Assembly: GCA_964035575.1 (NCBI GenBank)
Contig: OZ037843.1
Span: 682,001 to 746,000, forward strand
Origin: Rhynchopus sp. YZ270_cl-10
Lineage: Eukaryota
Length of the DNA: 64,000 nucleotides
Direction: 5' to 3'
Shown piece after piece: positions 37,875-47,680 of the stretch. Each line of letters starts with the position of its first letter. Within the stretch, counting starts at the first letter, position 1. The notes beneath the pieces are model-generated. The model was not told the DNA's origin and did no database searches. It saw only the letters and a list, made by a program, of their open reading frames with translations. A program made the translations under genes and the position numbers.

Positions 37875-38963
37875 ATGGACATCACAGGACACTTCGAGTC
37901 AGCAAGCTGTGTGATAGAAGTGGACGGGAGCGACACCCTTGCTCAGGTGAAGGTGAAGCTTCTTGCGGAGCTTGGCGTGCCACGTGCTCGGCATGTTGGT
38001 GTGCGGATGAAAGGCGGTGTCGACATCGGCAACGACGACTTGCGCATCTGCGACACGGAGATGGATGAAGGATGTGCCGTTGAGCTGTACTGTACTGGAG
38101 CCAACATCACTCTTGGGGTGATACCAAGTTCGACGGATGTCACATTCTCGCTCACACTCTCCCCGTGTGAAAGGTACCTTGCAGCGACTGGGTACGAGAA
38201 TGGTGTGTCCATCTTCGACACGGAAACACATGAGTGTTTGTGTCGCTTTTCTTGCAGCCATACTTGCGACCCAGCATTCTCGCCGTGCAGTGAGTGGATC
38301 TCATGCATCAACAAGGTCACGCGGTGTGCTGAAGTTCATAACGTGAAGACAGGTGCACTGGAGCACTCCTTTGGAGATGAAGGTGATGAGAGGTGGGCCA
38401 CGGCGTGGTCACCCTGTGGAACGAAGCTGTTGTCGTGCTGCGTCAAGGGTTTGCAGGTGTGGGACATTGCAACCGGTGTTATTGTGCATGAATGGGACCA
38501 CATTGCGAAGTGTGCGTACATCATGGTTGTGACAGGCGACAGGGTGGCGATGTTTGGCGCTGACAGCAAAGATGTCACTTTCTGGGACTACACAACAGGG
38601 GTGGAGGTGCTTGTTCTGACAGGCCTTTCTGCTGTTTTTTATGTGGCGCTGACACCAAACGAGCGTTTCATTGCAGTGTGTTACAGGAACTGTGTGCGTG
38701 TCTGGAACATTGAAACGCGTGAATGTGTATTTGAAGATGCCTCAGACGACGAGTGGACCGATGTTGCTGTGTCGAACGACATTGTTGCTGCCTACTCCTC
38801 CACCACATCGTGCATGTGGTCCATTTCAACAGGGGGACAACTGTTACGTCGTGAGCACGCTAGCTGCGCTTCTTGCGGTCTTGCAATCAGCAGCTGTGGT
38901 GGTGTGGTGATGTGCGCAGGGACTGACGGTGTTGAGATTGTTGACATCTCACACCTGTCTTGA
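37875..38963 (+). CDS. Ubiquitin-like N-terminal domain + WD40 beta-propeller protein, paralog 1
   Basis: 362 aa. Ubl-like IEVDGSDTLAQVKVKL...DDLRICD, followed by repeats LSPC/FSPC/WSPC with QVWDI, TFWDY and RVWNI. Confidence 0.9.
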   Translation: MDITGHFESASCVIEVDGSDTLAQVKVKLLAELGVPRARHVGVRMKGGVDIGNDDLRICDTEMDEGCAVELYCTGANITLGVIPSSTDVTFSLTLSPCERYLAATGYENGVSIFDTETHECLCRFSCSHTCDPAFSPCSEWISCINKVTRCAEVHNVKTGALEHSFGDEGDERWATAWSPCGTKLLSCCVKGLQVWDIATGVIVHEWDHIAKCAYIMVVTGDRVAMFGADSKDVTFWDYTTGVEVLVLTGLSAVFYVALTPNERFIAVCYRNCVRVWNIETRECVFEDASDDEWTDVAVSNDIVAAYSSTTSCMWSISTGGQLLRREHASCASCGLAISSCGGVVMCAGTDGVEIVDISHLS

Positions 38964-39657
38964 ACCCACTTCCACAACGGAAAGGTGCCATCTAATTTTG
39001 CGTCCCTTTCCTGCACCTTGCCTGGGCAACTCATACTGTAAACTTGTTTAAGTAGCTTTGCTACGCCAGGGGGGTCTCTAGGATAAAATATGTCGCGAAT
39101 AAGAAAGTCTTTTCCCCTCCCCCTTTTTCGATATATTTTTTTTGCGCGTACCATTTATCTATTGCTACGTGCCCTTTTTGTTGTTATTGCTTACCACTTG
39201 CTTCGGCAAGGTTGGTTGAGGACGTTACGGGGAAATCTCACCACCACCTTCATCAGTATTTTTGTGTTGTGTTTCCCCAGTCTCGCCCTCATGACCACAT
39301 ACCTCGCTGCCGTTTTTTCGGCGCTATTAACCAAAAAAGACCTTTCCCCCCATATTTTATCCTAAAGAGACCCCCCACACGGGAAGATACGTGAAGATAG
39401 ATGCAGACGTCTCTCGTTGTGGGAGTGGGTTGGCAATGGAGACCGCGCCGTTCCGCTGTGGGTTTTGTACACGCGAAGCACAGACCCGTCATGGTGTGGG
39501 AAGGTGGGAGGGACCTCTAACTGGGCGAAGAGTTATCTCTCTTGTTTTTTTTCAAGTGACAACCCACTCTCGTTTCCTTCACAAACACCACCCCACCCCT
39601 CTTCAATCTACCCTCCACACACACCATTCCCCACAGAACAGAGTCACTCCCCTGAAC

Positions 39658-40740
39658 ATGGACATCACAGGACACTTCGAGTCAGCAAGCTGTGTGATAG
39701 AAGTGGACGGGAGCGACACCCTTGCTCAGGTCAAGGTGAAGCTTCTTGCGGAGCTTGGCGTGCCACGTGCTCGGCATGTTGGTGTGCGGATGAAAGGCGG
39801 TGTCGACATCGGCAACGACGACTTGCGCATCTGCGACACGGTGATCGATGAAGGATGTGCCGTTGAGCTGTACTGCACTGGTACCAACATCACTCTTGGG
39901 GTGATACCATATTTGGGTCAGACATTCTCCCTCACACTCTCCCCGTGCGATAAGTACCTTGCAGTGATGTCGTGGACTGAGAAGCCTGTGTTCATCTTTG
40001 ACACAGGAACACATGAGCGTCTGTGCCGCTTCCCTGGCCCTACTTTTTGCGCCCCAGCATTCTCACCGTGCGGTGAGTGGATTTCATCTCTCAACAAGGA
40101 CACGTATGCTCAAGTTCATGACGTGAGGACAGGTGCCGTGAAGCACTCCTTTGGAGATGGTGATCTCAGGTGTACTCCAGCATGGTCACCCTGTGGAACA
40201 CAGCTGTTGACGTGCTGCAAGAGCAAGGGTTTGCAGGTGTGGGACATTGCAACAGGTGTTGTTGTGCATGAATGGGACCACATTGTGGAGTGTTTGCACG
40301 GCATGGTTGTGACAGGCGACAGGGTGGCGATGTTTAGTCACTTCAGCAAAGAGATCACCTTCTGGGACTACACGACAGGGGTGGAGGTGTTTGTTCTGAC
40401 ATGCCCGTCTGGGGTTCAGTATGTGGCGCTGACACCAAACGAGCGTTTCATTGCAGCGTGTTGCAAGAACTGTGTGCGTGTCTGGAACATTGAAACACGT
40501 GAATGTGTATTTGAAGACGTCTCAGAAAGCTGGTGGACTGACGTTGCTGTGTCGAACGACATTGTTGCTGCCTACTCTTCATGTTTGAGCGTGTGGTCCA
40601 TTTCAACAGGAGAGCGACTGCTGCACCGTGAATGTGAGACTAACGATTCTTGCGGTGTTGCAATCAGCAGCTGTGGTGGTGTGGTGATGTGCGCAGGGAC
40701 TGACGGTGTTGAGATTGTTGACATCTCACACCTGTCTTGA
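39658..40740 (+). CDS. Ubiquitin-like + WD40 protein, paralog 2
   Basis: 360 aa from the ATG homologous to paralog 1 (MDITGHFES). Identical N- and C-termini. Confidence 0.9.
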   Translation: MDITGHFESASCVIEVDGSDTLAQVKVKLLAELGVPRARHVGVRMKGGVDIGNDDLRICDTVIDEGCAVELYCTGTNITLGVIPYLGQTFSLTLSPCDKYLAVMSWTEKPVFIFDTGTHERLCRFPGPTFCAPAFSPCGEWISSLNKDTYAQVHDVRTGAVKHSFGDGDLRCTPAWSPCGTQLLTCCKSKGLQVWDIATGVVVHEWDHIVECLHGMVVTGDRVAMFSHFSKEITFWDYTTGVEVFVLTCPSGVQYVALTPNERFIAACCKNCVRVWNIETRECVFEDVSESWWTDVAVSNDIVAAYSSCLSVWSISTGERLLHRECETNDSCGVAISSCGGVVMCAGTDGVEIVDISHLS

Positions 40741-41256
40741 ACCCACTTCCACAACAGAAAGGTGCCATCTAATTTTGCGTCCCTTTCTTGCACCTTGCCT
40801 GGGTAACTAACTCCACACGGGAAGATACGTGAAGATAGATGCAGACGTCTCTCGTTGTGGGAGTGGGTTGGCAATGGAGACCGCGCCGTTCCGCTGTGGG
40901 TTTTGCACACACGAAGCACAGACCCGTCATGGTGTGGGAGGGTGGGAGGGACCTCTAACTGGGCGAGGAGTTACCTCTCTTGTTTTTTTTCAAATGACAA
41001 CACATCTCGTTTCCTTCACAAACACCACCCCACCCCTCTTCAATCTACCCTCCACACACACCCCGTTCCATTCTCCACTCACACAACCAACACGCAAGAG
41101 CCCTCCGTCTCACAACAGAGCTCAAAGAGCTCAGAAGCTGTTCCCCTTTTCTCTACCCCCCTCGCCCCCTCCCTCTCCCTCCCTCCCTACCTCCACACAG
41201 GGACCAATCCACACAAAACCCCACTACTACTACTACTACACACTCCCGCTCTCACC

Positions 41257-42432
41257 ATGCTGTCACACACCCTAGCGATGTTGCTGCTCAGCACACCCCT
41301 CGTTGCAGGGCAAGGATTTGGGGACCGGTTTGTGGCCGGTACCTTCGCCCAGGAGGAGCTCCCGCTGACAGAAGATGCAGCGAGGGCGGGAAACTGGACG
41401 CTTCTTGACACGACCTGCACACCGGGGGTGGGCCGCCGCTGGCGTCTCGGGGATCGCCTGACACCAACGCTTCTGTTCTCGGCTGCAGGCAAGCTTGCGG
41501 GCATGCAGACCAGTGTGGACGCCGCTATGTACCCTCTGCACCCTTCGTCAAACCTCCGCCCGGAGATCTTCCAGGAACCTGAATCGCCGAGCCCCGACAC
41601 GGAGCGTGCGATGTCTCTTTTGTTCACAGACCCAGCACAGATCTGCGGGTCCCCTACGGACCTGGGTGCCTCTGTCGCGGACCGCTTCTGGATCAAGACC
41701 GGCCTCTCCTCGGCTGCGGTGGACTACGAGCACATCCCGCTCTCCGAGCAGGAGCTTGTCAACGGGATGCCCTACAACGGCTACTCCGCAGGGGGCTGTG
41801 CGCCGTCTGGGTTTGCCTTCCCAGGCTCCCCCGGGATGGGCCAGCACTACTGGAAGTACCTCGGCAGCGACCTGCCCTGCAACGACCTGGGGGCGCTCTT
41901 CCTGCTTTACACTGACGGCAAGCTCAATGGTTATGGCATCCCTCTCGTCAACGTCGATATGAAGGTGCCCACTGTCAACGGTGACTTCCCATCCGTGCAT
42001 GACGGTCACTACGGAGTTCCCGGGTCGCTGTGGGAGTTCCCGCACCAGCCGCTGTACCCGTTGTTCATCAAAGAGGGCAACAACCCTACCTGTATGCCGA
42101 ACATCAATGCGTTCGACGCTGCTGTGGAAGGGGGTGCGGTGACAGTGGCCACGATGCATTTCTACTTCACAAACGCGTTGAATCTGTCGTGCTCAGCAGT
42201 GCCGTTGCAGTCGTCTGCGCAGGTTGTTGAGAAAGTCGTTGAGAAGGTCGTGGACGCCCCAAGCTCGTCGTGCAGCAGCTGCACCCTGTGGGTGGTGGTC
42301 GCTGTCGTCCTCGCAGTTCTGCTTGCCGCAGCGCTTGTCGGCATCTACCTCACCCGCCGTACGAAGTGCGACAAAGAAGTCAAATCTGTTGCGCACGAAG
42401 ACTATGAGTTGGGCGCGGACCTGTGTGACTAA
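41257..42432 (+). CDS. Uncharacterised type I membrane / secreted-domain protein
   Basis: 391 aa from ATG 41257. Signal peptide MLSHTLAMLLLSTPLVAG, motifs LLFSAAGKLAGMQ, PGMGQHYW and LLYTDGKLNGYG, C-terminal TM LWVVVAVVLAVLLAAALVGIYL. GC3-rich. Confidence 0.88.
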   Translation: MLSHTLAMLLLSTPLVAGQGFGDRFVAGTFAQEELPLTEDAARAGNWTLLDTTCTPGVGRRWRLGDRLTPTLLFSAAGKLAGMQTSVDAAMYPLHPSSNLRPEIFQEPESPSPDTERAMSLLFTDPAQICGSPTDLGASVADRFWIKTGLSSAAVDYEHIPLSEQELVNGMPYNGYSAGGCAPSGFAFPGSPGMGQHYWKYLGSDLPCNDLGALFLLYTDGKLNGYGIPLVNVDMKVPTVNGDFPSVHDGHYGVPGSLWEFPHQPLYPLFIKEGNNPTCMPNINAFDAAVEGGAVTVATMHFYFTNALNLSCSAVPLQSSAQVVEKVVEKVVDAPSSSCSSCTLWVVVAVVLAVLLAAALVGIYLTRRTKCDKEVKSVAHEDYELGADLCD

Positions 42433-42519
42433 GGTTGTTTGTGTTTTTTTTCTCTTCTTCTTTTTTTAAAAATTTACAGCTCTCATTGGTACGCTCCGTG
42501 CCATTTCATTTGTTTGTGT

Positions 42520-42620
42520 GCATGCCAATGAAGTCCGCTCTCTAGGGTTCGATAATCCGCGTAGAACCAGTGCCTGCGTCCGCCGATGAACGGTGAGGTG
42601 TTTGCACTTTCAACTTCTCT
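42520..42620 (+). repeat. Dispersed repeat S5 (…CAGTGCCTGCGTC…GAGGCGTTTGCACTTTCAACTTCTC)
   Basis: Fragments at ~8615, 22575, 25442, 29765, 31385, 49530 and 61750 on the + strand. One reverse copy at ~13468. Confidence 0.75.
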
Positions 42621-42751
42621 TTGTTCTTTTTCCTTAGAAAAAAAAGATGTGTGCACGAGAGGCACATCTTATGTTTTCAAGTTTTTATTTATTTTCTCAA
42701 ATCAATGCTTTTCTAACCAAATTTTTTTTTCTTGAATTTCCCCATCCAAAT

Positions 42752-43160
42752 CATGGATGTCCAAAGTACTTGAAGTACTTTTTTCGGATTTTTTATGGTA
42801 CTTGAAGTACTTGACCCCCCTTTTTTTTCCTCTCAAAATGACAGTCAAGTACTTGAAGATTGATCAAGTACTTGACAGAAATCAAGTACTTGATACCCTA
42901 TTTTTTTTTTCTCGTACTTTTTTACTTTTTTACCCTCTGGCAGAGTCTGTCAAGTACTTGTTTTCGCAAAAAAACGTCAAGTACTTGATCAAGTACCCAC
43001 TTTTTTTTGTACTTGATCAAGTACTTGACGTTTTTTTTGTGAAAAAAGTACTTGACAGAGGGAGAACAAGTAAAAAAGTACTAGAAAAAAAAAATAGGGT
43101 GTCAAGTACTTGAAGTATCAAGTATTGGATTTTTTGGGGATCAAGTACTTGATATACTTC
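42752..43160. repeat. CAAGTACTTG word-filled block, probable MITE lacking a recognisable right TIR
   Basis: Begins CATGGATG like the 55327 element, with well over a dozen (A)GTACT variants separated by A/T runs. Confidence 0.75.
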
Positions 43161-44200
43161 TGCTTTTTCTGCTCAAAAATAAATAAGAAAATTGTTTTGG
43201 AACTGTAGTGCAGATATTGCCTCTGAGAGTGGAATGCAAAAAGGGAAAAAACGCAACCCTTTTGATTTAACCCTAGATGCGTATGTGTTTCATGTATTGC
43301 TATGTGTACACATCCATCTTCTGTGCAAGTTATACGTTTTTTTATTAAACACTTTGATGAGAAAATTGTTCAAAAAAGCGATTTGGCTATGCTGGTTAAT
43401 GATATTTGAGTGTTTTTTTTGTTCTTTTTGCATCAGAACGGTTTTGGCAATAGGATAAACTACTACCTTATTCGTACAAATTATTGACCGTACTAATTTT
43501 CGACCTTTTCAAGATTTTTCTGGAAGTTCGACCTTTTTTACGGTCGAACATTTTTACGATTATGGTAAACAAAACAGTTTTTCTTTCTCTCTCTCCCCCC
43601 TTTTCTTTTTTGTGATTCGGTTATCGTCGTGTTTCTTTTTAGTTTCTTTTTAAAAGATGCTTTTGAGTAGGGCAAGGACTTCTCGCTTTCCTCACACGAC
43701 ACCTTCCTCTCCCCTTTCCCTTTCCCTTTCAAATTTGATTTCATTTTATTTTGATTGTGCTTTCATCCGGATGTCTGGCATCGTACGTGGGTCAATTGGA
43801 AGTGTCTGCATCAACAACTACAGCTTTATTTTGATCCGCTGGCACTCCACCACTGATAGGCTGTAGTAGACACCCCCGTGCTGCCCTCACACCAGGACAC
43901 CTACACATCGCTCACATTCATCAGTGAAAAACGCGAACCTTTTGCGGTGCGATAAACGAAAACGTTGTTTTCTTTATTTCATTTAACTGTCATATCCTGA
44001 AAGTCGTTTTCTATTTTGCTATTTTTGGGGGTTGTCGGCCCACACCATGTACCGATTCCAACATTGTTTTCGTTAGTAATAGGTCACGCTGTTGATAGTC
44101 GCTCCTTAGCGTCGTTAGCGTGTTCCCACACAATAACGAGGGTAAGATTGAGTTGTAAAGAGATCAAGGTGTTACATTCAATTTTTACAAAAATCATTAG

Positions 44201-44326
44201 TGGTGCTCCTGAAATAAAAAATACCAAGTACGCAACAAGTACGCAATATAGGGTATTCCTGTATTTTTTTTTTTTCGTGCACAAAGTGCGCAACAAGTAC
44301 GCAAAATGGGGTTTTCAGGAGCACCA
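44201..44326. mobile_element. Small TGGTG...CACCA MITE
   Basis: TIR TGGTGCTCCTGAAA / TTTCAGGAGCACCA with internal AAGTACGCAA repeats. TSD not exact. Confidence 0.7.
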
Positions 44327-45141
44327 AATTATTTTTTTCCTCTCTGAATCAATCTGCGTTGACCCTCCTATTTCATACACAGCTATAGTTAGGTTCCAAT
44401 GGTTTGCGTACAGTACTCCACATAAATTGGCGTCCACATAAGCGTTGAGGAATTGGAGATTACATTATTTTTTGCAATTTTGGCGAATTTTTTTTTTGGA
44501 CGCCACACATATTCAGAGTACTGTATCTTATTTTATGGTGTTCCGTTCCCCCTTCCGTAACGAAGGTGGGGGACCCATAAAGTCATCGCACCCCCCCTAC
44601 AACTATTTGTCTGTAGATCGCCACGTCCATCTCTTTTTATTGTCATGAGGTTGTGTGCGGGGGTGGGGCCACATGCGTGACGTTATTCTTCGCATTTTTC
44701 TTGGCATTTTTCGCTTTTGTTGTTTTATTATTAGGTTTCCTTTTTACATCTATTGTTGTAGGTCGCAGGGTGCTTGTGCTTTCATCCGGATAGCTGGCCT
44801 CGTAGTTGGAGGTGCCTGCATTAATAACTACAGTTTGTTTTAGGTAAATTTACATGTTCTAAGAACCCCCCTTCCGTTTGTCCTGCTTTCACAATTAAAA
44901 AAAGAAGGAAAAAAGTTCTTCATCTCGCAAAGCTTTGGATGAGCACGTCGAGCACTGCACAAGCTCGTTCCAGACCTCGAGTCTCTAGTGTGGGAAGGTG
45001 GGACGAGGCGAGGTGTAATCTCTCTTGTTTTTTTTTTTTGCAAATGACAACACATCTCGTTTCCTTCACAAACACCACCCCACCCCTCTTCAATCTCCCT
45101 CCCCACACCATTCCCCACAGAACAGAGTTACTCCCCTGAAC

Positions 45142-46221
45142 ATGGACATCACAGGACACTTCGAGTCAGCAAGCTGTGTGATAGAAGTGGACGGGAGCGA
45201 CACTCTTGCACAAGTGAAGGTGAAGCTTCTTGCGGAGCTTGGCGTGCCACGTGCTCGGCATGTTGGTATGCGGATGAAAGGCGGTGTCGACATCGGCAAC
45301 GACGACTTGCGCATCTGCGACACGGTGATTGATGAGGGATGTGCCGTTGAGCTGTACTGCACTGGTACCAACATCACTCCTGGGGTGATACAAGGTTTGA
45401 GTGATGCGTTCAGGCTTACCCTTTCACCGTGCGAAAGGCACCTTGCAGTGCTGTGTGAGAATGAAGTGTTCATCTTCCACACGGAAACACACGAGTGTTT
45501 GTGCCGCTTCATGTGGTACACTTTTTGCGCCCCAGCATTCTCACCGTGCGGTGAGTGGATCTCATCTATCAACAAGGACACGCAGTGTGCTGAAGTTCAT
45601 GACGTGAAGACAGGTGCAGTGAAGCACTCCTTTGGAGATGAAGGTGATGAGAGGTGGGCCACGGCGTGGTCACCCTGTGGAACACAGCTGTTGTCGTGCT
45701 GCGTCAAGGGTTTGCAGGTGTGGGACATTGCAACCGGTGTTATTGTGCATGAATGGGACCACATTTTGGAGTGCATGCACGGCATGGTTGTGACAGGCGA
45801 CAGGGTGGCGATGTTTGGCAGACGCAGCAAAAGTATCACCTTCTGGGACTACACGACAGGGGTGGAGGTGTTTGTTCTGACATGCCCTTCGGATGTTTAT
45901 TATGTGACACTGTCACCAAACGAGCGTTTCATTGCAGCGTGCTACGAAGATGGTGTGCGTGTCTGGAACATTCAAACACGTGAATCTGTATTTGATAGCT
46001 CAGACGACGAGTTGACCGATGTTGCTGTGTCGAACGACATTGTTGCTGTCTCCTCTTCCACCACATGGTACACGTGGCCCATTTCACCAGGAGGAGAACC
46101 GTTTCAGCGCGAATATGATGGCTGCGATTCGTGCGGTCTTGCAATCAGCAGCTGTGGTGGTGTGGTGATGTGCGCAGGGACTGACGGTGTTGAGATTGTT
46201 GACATCTCACACCTGTCTTGA
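45142..46221 (+). CDS. Ubiquitin-like + WD40 protein, paralog 3
   Basis: 359 aa from the homologous ATG, with the same architecture. Confidence 0.9.
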   Translation: MDITGHFESASCVIEVDGSDTLAQVKVKLLAELGVPRARHVGMRMKGGVDIGNDDLRICDTVIDEGCAVELYCTGTNITPGVIQGLSDAFRLTLSPCERHLAVLCENEVFIFHTETHECLCRFMWYTFCAPAFSPCGEWISSINKDTQCAEVHDVKTGAVKHSFGDEGDERWATAWSPCGTQLLSCCVKGLQVWDIATGVIVHEWDHILECMHGMVVTGDRVAMFGRRSKSITFWDYTTGVEVFVLTCPSDVYYVTLSPNERFIAACYEDGVRVWNIQTRESVFDSSDDELTDVAVSNDIVAVSSSTTWYTWPISPGGEPFQREYDGCDSCGLAISSCGGVVMCAGTDGVEIVDISHLS

Positions 46222-46949
46222 ACCCACTTCCACAACAGAAAGGTGCCATCTAATTTTGCGCCCCTTTCTTGCACCTTGCCTGGGCAACTCCACACGGGAA
46301 GATACGTGAAGATAGATGCAGACGTCTCTCGTTGTGGGAGTGGGTTGGCAATGGAGTCCGCGAAGCACAACTACCCGCCAGGGTCACATGACTGCGACAG
46401 TCTTGGTCACTTGCAGCCTTCTTCGTCATGACACTGACCGAAGAAGTTATAGTCGCTAAACAATCTTACCTTCCCATCTTGGTGCATGCACTTACAGGTG
46501 GCAGTCACGTCTTCTGCAAAGCAATAGGAGTTATTCAAAGAACAATTTTACAAAACTAACTACCTTGCCCCTCCCGTTCACCCATTATAAAAAACCTACA
46601 GGAGTAGTGTCTGTACTTTTCCCCTTGCCCACTCTCGAGCAATACTGAGTAACAGGCCGGCACCTAGGTGTAGTGTTGACTCATTAGGGATCGGGTGTGC
46701 CTCCACAGTGCGACCGCCTTCGTTTCCCACGTCGGCCTTTGGGGCGTAATTGCTTGCCAAGGACCAGCACGCCAGCACGTTCGTCAGGCACACTCCCGCT
46801 GCATCACAGACATGACTCCGCAGGGTCTTCGCAGGTGACGTAGCTGGCGACCCACACCTAAGGGCTATGTTCTGCGCCGGAATTACCTTCACAAGGCATA
46901 CACACCACACACCCCCAGACACTCTCTTCCCTTTTCTGTACACAGAACA

Positions 46950-47612
46950 ATGGTGTCCTGCGGGATCCAGTCGCTGACAATACTGCTGTGTGTGGTGCTG
47001 ATTCTGTCGACAGGTGCGATCATCGGTGGCTTCACTCTGTCAACATGGGACGACCTTGTGGAGAAAGCACGTACCACAGGTGACGAGGGCTTCGGGATGT
47101 GTCTCGACAGTGGCACGGCGGACATCGAAACGGTCTCGGCACGCTACCTGCGCTCCGTCCTTGGCAGTGTGGACACGGCAGTGAAGGAGTATCTGAAGGT
47201 GCCTGAACAGCTCGTGGTGTCCATTGTCAAACTGGCACAGGCACAGCACCCAAACGTGAGCACGAGCCCTGCCTTTGCAGCATCCAATTTGCGTCCTGCA
47301 GTCATGTCTGCCTTTAAGGCTGGGAAGGCGTCTGGAATTCTACGCTTCGCTCACGAAGCGTACCCGTGGAGTCCGGCACATCCTGTTCCGTGGAAGAGGG
47401 GTGACGGGTTTGCAGGGTGGGGCTCGAGGATGTCGTACATGAATGATGTGAACGATCACGTACCGGCAAATGGCACCAGCCCTATCATGCTGTATGCTGC
47501 ACGTGACCCCTTTACGCTGGCAGAGGGACTTTCCGACTATGCTGTCTTCACAGAAATCAACGCGCTAGGCGACATCAGAGACCCCTCGCAGTCGTGTAAC
47601 CAGGGTTTTTGA
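46950..47612 (+). CDS. 5' part (first exon or truncated gene) of a membrane protein with an N-terminal TM and probable extracellular sensor region
   Basis: 220-aa ORF with TM LTILLCVVLILSTGAIIGGFTL and an upstream pyrimidine tract + CAG. It stops where GT-rich repeats begin, so a downstream continuation is possible. Confidence 0.6.
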   Translation: MVSCGIQSLTILLCVVLILSTGAIIGGFTLSTWDDLVEKARTTGDEGFGMCLDSGTADIETVSARYLRSVLGSVDTAVKEYLKVPEQLVVSIVKLAQAQHPNVSTSPAFAASNLRPAVMSAFKAGKASGILRFAHEAYPWSPAHPVPWKRGDGFAGWGSRMSYMNDVNDHVPANGTSPIMLYAARDPFTLAEGLSDYAVFTEINALGDIRDPSQSCNQGF

Positions 47613-47680
47613 TGATTGCTTTGTGGGTTGACGCAGCCTTCGTGGGTTTTGTTATCAGGATTGGGGTTGGGTTAGGATTG

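Noticed and set aside
39391..39657. N-terminal extensions of the WD40 and membrane-protein ORFs given by the ORF track (39391, 40855, 45025)
   Set aside because: They are non-ATG starts in the repeated intergenic spacer. The homologous ATGs follow pyrimidine/AG acceptors at 39658, 41257 and 45142.
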